A stretch of DNA of 44,962 nucleotides from Acidimicrobiia bacterium (GTDB lineage: Bacteria > Actinomycetota > Acidimicrobiia > Spongiisociales > CAZKJJ01): contig JBHICV010000003.1 in the NCBI GenBank assembly GCA_046759765.1, forward strand, positions 1-44,962, written 5' to 3'. A program made the translations under genes and the position numbers. A model generated the notes under the pieces. It made no database searches. It was not told where the DNA came from and saw only the letters and a list, made by a program, of their open reading frames with translations. This document shows, one piece after another, positions 1 to 8,110 of this stretch (the stretch's first letter is position 1; each line of letters starts with the position of its first letter).

Positions 1-627
1 GACCGTTTCACCCGGCACTACCTCGGCGACGATCTCCTGTTTTCCGCCGTCAACCTGACGCGCAACACGCAGCCTTCCAGAGAGAAGCAGGTAGGCATCG
101 TCGCCGATGTCGCCCTCGTTGAAGAGGACCTCGCCGGAGGGCAGGTGCACCGTCGTGATCCCGGAGGAGATGAAGGCCAATCCCTCCGGGTCGGCATGAC
201 CGAATAGGAGCGCCAGCGCACGTCGGAGCTGTCTAGATCTGAGTCGTTCCCGCGCATTCTCGGCAATCCGAACCGCGACCTCTGGATGCCTTTCGATCAG
301 CTCCCCGAACCCTTCCGCGTCCAGACCGACGAGCGCCGACTCGGTGGCTGCGACGATGGTTGCGGTTCTCGCACCCCCGGCGGTCAAAGCCAGCTCGCCG
401 ACGACCTCACCTGCTTCGATCCTCGCCAGCAGCTGCGGACCCGCTTCTTGCTCGAGCACCACAGAGAGCGCGCCGCCCGCCACGAAGAAGATCTCGTCGG
501 CTTCCTCACCCTCGCGGGCCAGAACCTGGTCGGCGTCAAGACGGACGAGCCGCAGATGCGAGGAGAGGTTGGCAAGGTCGCTCTTTTTTGTCCCCCTGAG
601 CAGGTCGATCTGGGCGAGTAGCTCCAC
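1..627 (-). CDS. Tandem cyclic-nucleotide-binding domain protein, N-terminal part (probably cNMP-patatin/NTE family); runs off the left edge
   Basis: Not in the ORF track. Manual translation from GTG 627: VELLAQIDLL...REGEEADEIFFV...GEVVGELALTAGGARTATIVA, then a second repeat LFNEGDIGDDAYLLLSGRLRV...PGETV. In-frame ATC at 642 follows GGAGGAGG. The patatin domain is inferred, not seen. Confidence 0.8.
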   Translation of the reverse strand, partial: MELLAQIDLLRGTKKSDLANLSSHLRLVRLDADQVLAREGEEADEIFFVAGGALSVVLEQEAGPQLLARIEAGEVVGELALTAGGARTATIVAATESALVGLDAEGFGELIERHPEVAVRIAENARERLRSRQLRRALALLFGHADPEGLAFISSGITTVHLPSGEVLFNEGDIGDDAYLLLSGRLRVARQVDGGKQEIVAEVVPGETV

Positions 628-689
628 AGGGTCTTGATTGATGGCGCCTCCTCCGACCCGAAACGCTACACCTAGCTCTGCCCACAGAT

Positions 690-716
690 TCAGGATTAAT
701 CAGCTCCTGCCGATGA
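690..716 (+). promoter_or_regulatory. Possible sigma28 (FliA/WhiG-type) promoter
   Basis: TCAG-N15-GCCGATGA versus consensus TAAA-N15-GCCGATAA, upstream of the GGGAGG RBS and ATG 735. Confidence 0.4.
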
Positions 717-734
717 AATATCGGGAGGTAGCAG

Positions 735-2744
735 ATGTCTACGGACGCCACGGCAGCGCCCGAACGCTGGAACAGTCGCCCCGTTCTGGCCGCCCTCCTC
801 CAGGCGGCCGCGCTCGCCGTTCCCATCATCGCCGCCGTGACGACGAGCGTCGTTCTCAGCATGGCGCTGCCCCAGCCGCGCTCGCTCCTACCTGCGGTGG
901 TCTGGTGGGTAGTGGTCTTCGGAGGAGCGACCTTGGTTTTGTGGGGGGTTGACCGACTGGCCCGGAGGCTCATACCCCTGGCCACCCTCCTTCGACTCAC
1001 GCTGTTCTTCCCCGACCGGGCCCCGTCACGCTTCCGAGTGGCCCTTCGGTCCGGAAGCAGCGTCGGCAATCTGACGGCGCTCAGAGCCCGGCCGGGTGAG
1101 GGCTCCCAGGCGGCTGCCCAGATCCTCACTTTGGCGGGGGCCCTCAACAGGCACGACCGGAGGACTCGCGGTCACGCGGAGCGTGTGCGCGCCTACGTCG
1201 ATCTGATCGCCAAGGAGATGCACGTCTCGGAAGAGGGCCGGGATCGGCTGCGATGGGCGGCCCTGCTCCACGACATTGGCAAGCTCGAGATCCCGCGTGA
1301 GATTCTTAACAAGAGCGAGCCGCTCCGCGACGACGAGTGGGAGCTGCTCCAGCAGCACCCCAACCTTGGTATGCGTATTGCCGCCCCCCTCATTCCCTGG
1401 CTCGGATCCTGGGCCGATACCATCGCTCACCATCACGAGCGCTTCGACGGCGCCGGCTATCCCCGCGGGCTGTCCGGCGAAGACATCAACCGGGGCGCCC
1501 GAATAGTGGCGGTAGCGGATGCTTTCGACGTCATGACCAGCGCCCGCTCATACCAAAAGCCGGTCAGTGCGGTGGCGGCTCGAGCCGCGCTGGAAAAGGA
1601 CGCCGGTCGTCAGTTCGATCCCGCGGTCGTGCGGGCTCTCTTCAATGTCTCACTCGGGCGCCTGCGGTGGATCGTCGGACCTATCTCATGGTTGGCGCAG
1701 GTACCGATCCTGTCCGACCTCCACGGAATTGCCAGCTGGACGGGATCTGCGCTTCAGACCGCCGCGGGCGCGGCTGCAGTGATACTGGCGGTGGGCGGCG
1801 GTCTGGTCGGGTTCCCGCTGGTCACCGAGGCTTCGGAGCCACTCCCGGTCGCGGTAGCACCGACTGATGGCGGCCCGCCGGATTCTGCTCCCGTCGCCCA
1901 GGGCCCCTCGGGCCCAGCAGGGAGTGGCACGCCCCTGAGTCCCACGACAACTGAAGGCGAAGAAACTGTTCCGTCTTCAACCTCAACGGCACCTGGAACC
2001 ACGGCTACAACCGAGCCGCCTGCCACGACCATCTCAACCTCCACGACGGCTTCGGTGACAACCATTCCGCCCCCAGTGACCAGCACCTTGGCGGCTACCA
2101 CCACGACCAGCACGACGGTGCCGGCGACGACCACGAGCAGCACGACGCTGCCGGGGACTACCACCACTACCACCACGCCGGCTGTGCTCGTTCTCTACTT
2201 CCATAACGATCCAAGCCCTCCTAGCACCGATACGCCCTCCCATGTCGTACTGCCAATGAGCTCGAGCACACCCACCGCCTCCCAGCTCTACAACTACGAC
2301 GACGATCGTGACGAGGAACCTGGCCTGCTAATCCAAAAGACGGGAGAGGGGTTGGGGGAGTTCGATCCCACGAAGTATCAGCTCTGGTCGATGAGCACGG
2401 GCTCCGGCATGAACCTCGAAGGGCAGGTAACGCTCCGCCTGTGGAGCACCAGCAAGGACTTCGAATCGGATAAAGCCGGGGAGGTAGTCGCCCGGCTGAT
2501 GGACTGCGACAGCTCCGGGTCGGGATGCACGTGGCTCGCGCAGGGATCACTCGCCCTGGGTTCCTGGAACGGTGGGTCCTCGAACTGGGTGTCCAGAACC
2601 ATCGATCTCGGAACGATCAGCACAAGCGTGGGCGGCGGCCGCACGCTGCGGCTCAAGGTAGTCGTGGGCGACAGCTCCGACGACGATATGTGGTTTGCCT
2701 ACGACACAAGTTCCTTAAAGAGCTGGCTGAAGATCAGCTCCTAG
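735..2744 (+). CDS. Membrane-anchored HD-GYP (c-di-GMP phosphodiesterase-type) protein with Thr/Ser/Pro linker and C-terminal extracellular domain
   Basis: TRGHAERV, LLHDIGK, HHERFDGAGYPRGL and VADAFDVMT motifs; N-terminal TM helices, a further TM and a T/S/P-rich stalk. Confidence 0.9.
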   Translation: MSTDATAAPERWNSRPVLAALLQAAALAVPIIAAVTTSVVLSMALPQPRSLLPAVVWWVVVFGGATLVLWGVDRLARRLIPLATLLRLTLFFPDRAPSRFRVALRSGSSVGNLTALRARPGEGSQAAAQILTLAGALNRHDRRTRGHAERVRAYVDLIAKEMHVSEEGRDRLRWAALLHDIGKLEIPREILNKSEPLRDDEWELLQQHPNLGMRIAAPLIPWLGSWADTIAHHHERFDGAGYPRGLSGEDINRGARIVAVADAFDVMTSARSYQKPVSAVAARAALEKDAGRQFDPAVVRALFNVSLGRLRWIVGPISWLAQVPILSDLHGIASWTGSALQTAAGAAAVILAVGGGLVGFPLVTEASEPLPVAVAPTDGGPPDSAPVAQGPSGPAGSGTPLSPTTTEGEETVPSSTSTAPGTTATTEPPATTISTSTTASVTTIPPPVTSTLAATTTTSTTVPATTTSSTTLPGTTTTTTTPAVLVLYFHNDPSPPSTDTPSHVVLPMSSSTPTASQLYNYDDDRDEEPGLLIQKTGEGLGEFDPTKYQLWSMSTGSGMNLEGQVTLRLWSTSKDFESDKAGEVVARLMDCDSSGSGCTWLAQGSLALGSWNGGSSNWVSRTIDLGTISTSVGGGRTLRLKVVVGDSSDDDMWFAYDTSSLKSWLKISS

Positions 2745-2768
2745 AGAGCGGGCGGGAGCCGCTGGACG

Positions 2769-3281
2769 TCACTCCTGCGAGTGTCTCTTTTGTCGAGGCC
2801 CTGCGCGTTCGGTCGGCGTCGCATGGGGCGGCGCCTCGGCCGGAGGCTCGAAAGTGCCGAGGTCTATCGCCTCATCGGCCGCAGACAGCTCGGCGAAAGT
2901 CGTGCTGCGCAGCTCGTCGATCATCGCTCCCTGAGCTCGGGTCCAGGCAACATGGATGGGGCAGACGTCCGTCCAGCCGCAGGGCCCGCCCCTGAGCACG
3001 CATCGCTCCAACAGGATGGGCCCCTCGGCGGCCTCGACCACTTCCAGCAAACTCAGCTCCGCGGGGGGCTTGGCGAGTGCATAGCCTCCGTCCGGCCCCG
3101 CCAGGGCTGTCAGGATCTTCGCTCTAACCAGATCTGCCAGGATCTGGGTGACGTACGGCTGGGGGATGTCCATGTCTGTGGCGATCTCGCGCGCTTTGCG
3201 CCGATCACCGTCCGCGACACGGGCCAGATCCAGCACTGCCCGGACCGAGTAGTCGCCCTTGCGGCCCAGCGCCACTTGCAT
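2769..3281 (-). CDS. Rrf2-family (IscR/NsrR-like) Fe-S transcriptional regulator
   Basis: wHTH with GPDGGYALAKPP, ISLLEVVEA-like segment (LSLLEVVEAAEG) and C-x6-C-x5-C-x2-H cluster ligands. Confidence 0.92.
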   Translation of the reverse strand: MQVALGRKGDYSVRAVLDLARVADGDRRKAREIATDMDIPQPYVTQILADLVRAKILTALAGPDGGYALAKPPAELSLLEVVEAAEGPILLERCVLRGGPCGWTDVCPIHVAWTRAQGAMIDELRSTTFAELSAADEAIDLGTFEPPAEAPPHATPTERAGPRQKRHSQE

Positions 3282-3295
3282 TATGTATTCCCGGC

Positions 3296-3378
3296 CTAAA
3301 CGTTTAGTACGTTACTTGACGTTGAGCGCGAATGCGACTATAACCTACTCAACGCTTAGTTAGCAGCTAAACGTTTAG
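3296..3378. promoter_or_regulatory. Operator array: two perfect (3296-3307, 3367-3378) and two degenerate (3315-3326, 3348-3359) CTAAACGTTTAG palindromes
   Basis: Read directly from the sequence; arranged as two pairs, each with a 19-bp offset, mirror-symmetric around the promoter. Confidence 0.8.
3316..3344 (+). promoter_or_regulatory. Housekeeping sigma70-type promoter of the oxidoreductase operon
   Basis: TTGACG (3316-3321)-N17-TATAAC (3339-3344); AGGAG RBS at 3377-3381. Confidence 0.75.
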
Positions 3379-3389
3379 GAGCCGGCCCG

Positions 3390-4352
3390 ATGGCAGTGCT
3401 GCACAGGACAGAGGTTCGACAGGCCGAGGCTTCGTACCTAGGTGCTGGTGCTGCGTCCGTTGGCTGGACCCTCTCCGGCCTGGGGCGAAGCCTCCTGACC
3501 GCAGCCGCTCTGACTGTGGGTGCTGAGCTCCTCCTGCATCGTCTGGCGCCACCTGTCCTATCCCAGGTCGTTCCCGGATCTTCGCTGAATGTGACCGTGG
3601 CATCGGCCGGCGAGCTGGCTGCCAGCTCGGGGGCCGTGCTCGTGTTTGCAGCCGCAGTTGCTCTGGCACTCAAAACGCGGCGTTTGGGGCCGCCGTTGTT
3701 GGGCGCCGCCGGGACGGTGCTGCTCGCATCGATCTGGACCGCCCCCGTGACGGGGGTACTCGTTCATACCGCCGTAGCCGCGGCGGCAGCCGCCGTCGGA
3801 ATTGCAGCGGTCCGCCGTCGCCAGGACCTGTACTCGACGGCCGTAGTCATGGCCGCCTTGGCCGTGGTCGTGAGCCATTTGTCGCTGTTAGTCGACGCTG
3901 CCTGGCCGAGCCGCGCAGTCTCGAGCGCTGTCGCCGCCCGTGGTATCGCGGAGCTGCTGATTGTTTCCGCGGCACTTATTCTGGCGGCGTCGCTTCTGGC
4001 GGAGGGGTCGCCCGGCCTATGGGTGTGGACCGTGGCGGCCGGATCGGCGATAGTCGTGGCGGGGGCCCTTACCTTTCAGCCCGGCTTCGCCGCGATCGGT
4101 GCGATCTGGGCGCTAGGAGCGACGCTCTCACTGCCGCCCTTGTTGTACATCGCCGCAGCCGGCGCTATCGGCCTTCTGGTTGCCGGCTGGTCGGCTTCGC
4201 CCGCGACCCGCCCATTGGCCGCGGCCGTGGTGCTCTTCGGAACGGCCGGGATTCAGTCCCAGGTATTGCATCACGACCTCACGGCGATCGTGGCCCTCAG
4301 CGTGCTGGCCGGGACCATCGGGGGCAAGACCATCAGCGGTGAGGAGACCTAG
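3390..4352 (+). CDS. Polytopic membrane protein of unknown function (about 10 TM), first gene of the operon
   Basis: Ala/Leu/Val-rich helices throughout; RBS present; stop 2 nt before the nxrA start. Confidence 0.8.
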   Translation: MAVLHRTEVRQAEASYLGAGAASVGWTLSGLGRSLLTAAALTVGAELLLHRLAPPVLSQVVPGSSLNVTVASAGELAASSGAVLVFAAAVALALKTRRLGPPLLGAAGTVLLASIWTAPVTGVLVHTAVAAAAAAVGIAAVRRRQDLYSTAVVMAALAVVVSHLSLLVDAAWPSRAVSSAVAARGIAELLIVSAALILAASLLAEGSPGLWVWTVAAGSAIVVAGALTFQPGFAAIGAIWALGATLSLPPLLYIAAAGAIGLLVAGWSASPATRPLAAAVVLFGTAGIQSQVLHHDLTAIVALSVLAGTIGGKTISGEET

Positions 4353-4354
4353 CC

Positions 4355-7300
4355 ATGCAGGTATCCCGGCGCCAGTTCCTCCAGATGGGAGCGGTAGCCA
4401 CGGTCGGCGCGGTCTCATATCCGCTCCTCCGCCAGCTCGAGACGGTGGATAGTGTCGGGAATCCGCTCGAGGTCTACCCGTATCGCGACTGGGAGCAGGT
4501 CTATCACAAGCAGTACGCATACGACTCCAGCTTCACCTTCATCTGCTCGCCGAACGACACCCACGCCTGTCGCCTGCGGGCGTTCACACGGAACGGAGTA
4601 ATCCAACGAATCGAGCCGAACTATGACGTAGGCCGCTACACCGACCAACTCGGCAACACCGCCTCCGTGAAATGGCACCCCCGAGGCTGCAAGAAAGGAC
4701 AGACCTTTCACCGTCGGGTCTACGGACCATATCGACTGCGATTCCCGATGCTTCGCAACGGCTGGAAGCAGTGGGCCGACGACGGATTCCCGGAGCTCAC
4801 CCCGGATGCACGGGATCGGTACATGTTCACGAGCCGGGGCACCGACTCTTTCACTCGACTCACCTGGGACGAGACCTACGACTACATGGCGCGCGGTCTG
4901 ATCAACGTCGCCGAGACCTACTCGGGTCCCGAGGGTGTCAGAAGACTGGAAACCGAGGGCTACCAGCCGGAGATGATCGACGAAATGGGCGGCGCCGGTA
5001 CCCGCACGATGAAGCTGCGCGGCGGCATGGGTCTGCTCGGCGTCATCGGCAAGTACGGCATGTATCGGATGAGCAACACGCTGGCACTACTCGACGCCCA
5101 TGTTCGCGGCGTACGACCGGACGAGGCCAAAGCCGGTCGAAACTGGTCGAACTACACGTGGCACGGGGACCAGGCACCCGGCCATCCGTTCGTGCATGGC
5201 CTCCAGACATCGGAGCCCGACTTCAACGATCTGGCCAATTCGAAGCTGACTATCCAGGTCGGGAAGAACCTGGTGGAGAACAAGATGCCCGAGTCACACT
5301 GGTTCTCCAACATCATGGAGCAGGGAGGCAAGATCGTCACGATCTCCCCGGAATACAGCCCTCCCGCTTCCAAGTCGGACTACTGGCTTCCGGTGCGGCC
5401 CGGTCTCTCAGACACCGCCATCTTCCTCGGAATAACCAAGCTCCTCATGGACCGAGAGCTCTACGACCGTGACTTCGTCCTCCAGTACACCGACTTCCCG
5501 CTCCTGATCAGAACCGACACCCTCGAGCGCATACGAGCCAAAGACATCTTTGCGGGCTATCGGCCCGGTCTGGTTTCGGACGGGCCCAGCTTCCGGGAGC
5601 AGAAACTCACCGAAGAGCAGTACGAAAAGGTCGGCTTCGACTTCGTGGTGTTCGACGAGGGGACGCAGTCACTGCGTGCCATCACCAGGGACGACCTGGG
5701 ACCTCGAATGGTGGACAGAGGAATTCGACCCCAGCTCTCTTACCGGGACACGGTCCAGCTCGTCGACGGCTCCGAAGTCGACGTGCTCACCATCTGGGAG
5801 GCGTATCGCGACCATCTCTCGGACTACGACCTTCAGACGGTCCACGAGATTACGGGAACGCCGGTGGAGCTCATCGAACGGCTGGCAGGAGACATCGCCA
5901 CCATCAAACCGGTTGCGATCCACACCGGCGAGGGCATCAACCACTGGTTCCACGCCACCCTCCATAACCGAGCCACCTACCTCCCGATCATGCTGACCGG
6001 CAACATCGGCCTGCCGGGAGCCGGCAGCCACACGTGGGCCGGCAACTACAAAGCGGCCCTGTGGCAATCGGCCGAGTGGTCGGGTCCCGGCTTCAAGGGA
6101 TGGATCGCGGAGGACCCCTTCGCCCCCAACCTGGATCCCTCAGCTGATGGCAAAGATGTCGCGGTTCACAACTACGCCAAGGACGAGGAGCCTGCCTACT
6201 GGGACCACGGTGACCGAGCGCTGATCGTCGACACGCCGGCGTTCGGCCGGAGGAACTTCACCGGCCAAACCCACATGCCTACCCCCACCAAGGTGATCTG
6301 GACCTCCAACGTCAACCTGATCAACAACGCCAAGCACGCATACCTGGTCATCAGGGACGTCAATCCGATGGTCGACATGATCATGACCCAGGACATCGAG
6401 ATGACGGCGTCGTGCGAGCTGTCCGACTTCGTGCTTCCCGCTAACTCGTGGGTCGAATTCCAGACGTCCGAGGTAACGGCCTCCTGTTCCAACCCATTTC
6501 TCCAGATCTGGGGTCGGGACGGAATCCAACCCCTATTCGATTCCGAGGACGACCTAATGATCATGGCCAAGACGGCAGAGCGGATCGGCCAGATCCTCGG
6601 GGATCAGAGGTTCTCCGACTACTGGAAGTTCGCGCTCGAAGACCAAGCTGAGGTCTACCTCCAGCGGCTTCTCGATGCGTCCGCCACCACCAGGGGATAC
6701 CAAGTCTCGGACATCCAGGCGGGCAAATACGGCGAGCCGGGTGCGGCCCTGATGATGTTCCGCACCTACCCGAGGATCCCGTTCTGGGAGCAAATTCACG
6801 ACAACGTCCCGTTCTTTACCGAAACCGGACGACTCCACTCCTATGTCGACATTCCCGAAGCCATCGAATACGGCGAGAACTTCATCGTCCATCGCGAAGG
6901 CCCGGAAGCCACCCCGTACCTTCCCAACGTCATCGTGTCCTCCAACCCCCTTATCCGGCCCGAGGACTACGGCGTTTCCCGGGACGAGCTGGATCCCGAC
7001 CTGCGCACCGTCCGCAACATCAAGCTGCCCTGGTCTGAGGTGCGCAATACAACTAACCCGCTCTGGGAACAGGGCTTCAACTTCTACTTCCTCACCCCCA
7101 AGACCCGTCACACGACCCACTCCAGCTGGGCTGTCACCGACTGGGAGGTCTTATGGGGCAGCAACTTCACCGATCCCCATCGGCGAGACACGCGATATCC
7201 GCACGTCGGTGATCGCGAGGTGCACATGAACCCTCAGGCCGCCCAGGATCTCGGACTTGCCGACGGAGACTACGTCTGGATCGATGCCAATCCCGCCGAT

Positions 7301-7801
7301 CGGCCGTACCCGAACTACGACCCGAACGACACGTCCGACCCCTTCCACAAGGTCGCTCGGCTGATGCTGCGCGTGAAGTACAACCAGGCTTATCCGTACA
7401 ACGTCTTGATGGCCAAGCATGGGTACTGGCTGGCCACGCAGAAGACCGTCCTCGCCCACGAGACGCGGGCGGACGGACGAGCGGTATCCGAAGACACGGG
7501 ATATCAGTCCAGCTACCGGTACGGCTCACACCAAAGCGTCACCAGAGACTGGGCGATGCCTATGCACCAGACCGACACCCTTTTCCACAAGCAGAAGATT
7601 GCGGTCGGATTCATGTTCGGAGGCGAAGCCGATAACCACGCCATCAACACCGTCCCCAAAGAGACGCTGGTGCGGGTGACCAAGGCGGAACCCGGAGGTC
7701 TAGGCGGGGCAGGGGTCTGGGCGCCGGCAGAAAGTGGTCTGTCTCCGGGCAACGAGGACGAGAGGATGAACCGGTATCTCGCCGGGGGGTATGTGACATG
7801 A
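4355..7801 (+). CDS. nxrA: Molybdopterin oxidoreductase alpha subunit, periplasmic-type nitrite oxidoreductase/nitrate reductase (anammox/Nitrospira NxrA-like)
   Basis: Tat motif SRRQFL; Fe-S motif C-x3-D-x3-C-x39-C (CSPNDTHAC...PRGC); Mo-ligand Asp in YTWHGDQAPGHP; 1148 aa; colinear with anammox NxrA as recalled (GGMGLLGVIGKYGMYR, KNLVENKMPESHW, HREGPEATPYLPN, NTVPKETLV). Confidence 0.9.
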   Translation: MQVSRRQFLQMGAVATVGAVSYPLLRQLETVDSVGNPLEVYPYRDWEQVYHKQYAYDSSFTFICSPNDTHACRLRAFTRNGVIQRIEPNYDVGRYTDQLGNTASVKWHPRGCKKGQTFHRRVYGPYRLRFPMLRNGWKQWADDGFPELTPDARDRYMFTSRGTDSFTRLTWDETYDYMARGLINVAETYSGPEGVRRLETEGYQPEMIDEMGGAGTRTMKLRGGMGLLGVIGKYGMYRMSNTLALLDAHVRGVRPDEAKAGRNWSNYTWHGDQAPGHPFVHGLQTSEPDFNDLANSKLTIQVGKNLVENKMPESHWFSNIMEQGGKIVTISPEYSPPASKSDYWLPVRPGLSDTAIFLGITKLLMDRELYDRDFVLQYTDFPLLIRTDTLERIRAKDIFAGYRPGLVSDGPSFREQKLTEEQYEKVGFDFVVFDEGTQSLRAITRDDLGPRMVDRGIRPQLSYRDTVQLVDGSEVDVLTIWEAYRDHLSDYDLQTVHEITGTPVELIERLAGDIATIKPVAIHTGEGINHWFHATLHNRATYLPIMLTGNIGLPGAGSHTWAGNYKAALWQSAEWSGPGFKGWIAEDPFAPNLDPSADGKDVAVHNYAKDEEPAYWDHGDRALIVDTPAFGRRNFTGQTHMPTPTKVIWTSNVNLINNAKHAYLVIRDVNPMVDMIMTQDIEMTASCELSDFVLPANSWVEFQTSEVTASCSNPFLQIWGRDGIQPLFDSEDDLMIMAKTAERIGQILGDQRFSDYWKFALEDQAEVYLQRLLDASATTRGYQVSDIQAGKYGEPGAALMMFRTYPRIPFWEQIHDNVPFFTETGRLHSYVDIPEAIEYGENFIVHREGPEATPYLPNVIVSSNPLIRPEDYGVSRDELDPDLRTVRNIKLPWSEVRNTTNPLWEQGFNFYFLTPKTRHTTHSSWAVTDWEVLWGSNFTDPHRRDTRYPHVGDREVHMNPQAAQDLGLADGDYVWIDANPADRPYPNYDPNDTSDPFHKVARLMLRVKYNQAYPYNVLMAKHGYWLATQKTVLAHETRADGRAVSEDTGYQSSYRYGSHQSVTRDWAMPMHQTDTLFHKQKIAVGFMFGGEADNHAINTVPKETLVRVTKAEPGGLGGAGVWAPAESGLSPGNEDERMNRYLAGGYVT

Positions 7802-8109
7802 CCGATCGCAAGCGCCCATTGCGCATTCCCCTGACAGTGACTCCGCCCACGGGGACGGCGAAGGCTGCCGAGGCCTCCGATCCTTATCAGCCGGTCGCGT
7901 TTGGAGTGCCCACGCCCGGCCACGATGGACTCGAGGCCATGGCTCGGACGTTTATCGCCGAGTTCGCCCTCCTCGGCTGGCCTCGTAGCCGGATTGCCCG
8001 GATGTTCCGGATCCCCCGCTACGTGGCGGCACACACGGTGTACCGGCAACGGGGCCCGGTCTTCGTCGAAGAGCTCCTCGATGATGTCCTCGGGCCGGAA
8101 GGAAACTGA
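7798..8109 (+). CDS. Small hypothetical protein between the alpha and beta subunits
   Basis: ATGA overlap with the nxrA stop; ends 1 nt before the nxrB ATG; DPxxxV...MARTFIAEFALLGW core. Confidence 0.75.
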   Translation: MTDRKRPLRIPLTVTPPTGTAKAAEASDPYQPVAFGVPTPGHDGLEAMARTFIAEFALLGWPRSRIARMFRIPRYVAAHTVYRQRGPVFVEELLDDVLGPEGN

Positions 8110-8110
8110 C

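Noticed and set aside
1940-2180. ACC/ACG-rich low-complexity repeats (also about 28690-28800 and 40965-41115)
   Set aside because: Encode Thr/Ser/Pro linkers of surface proteins; not independent DNA repeats
4355-7801. Ordinary cytoplasmic respiratory nitrate reductase NarG
   Set aside because: Has a Tat signal and an Asp-containing Fe-S motif, and is partnered with an EbdC-like gamma subunit; no narI or narK nearby
7795-7801. Selenocysteine read-through fusing nxrA to the next ORF
   Set aside because: The TGA is part of an ATGA coupling in a different frame, and the alpha subunit is already full length
7901-8110. N-terminal extension of the beta subunit in the ORF track
   Set aside because: Overlaps the real 103-aa gene; NxrB-like sequence begins at ATG 8111
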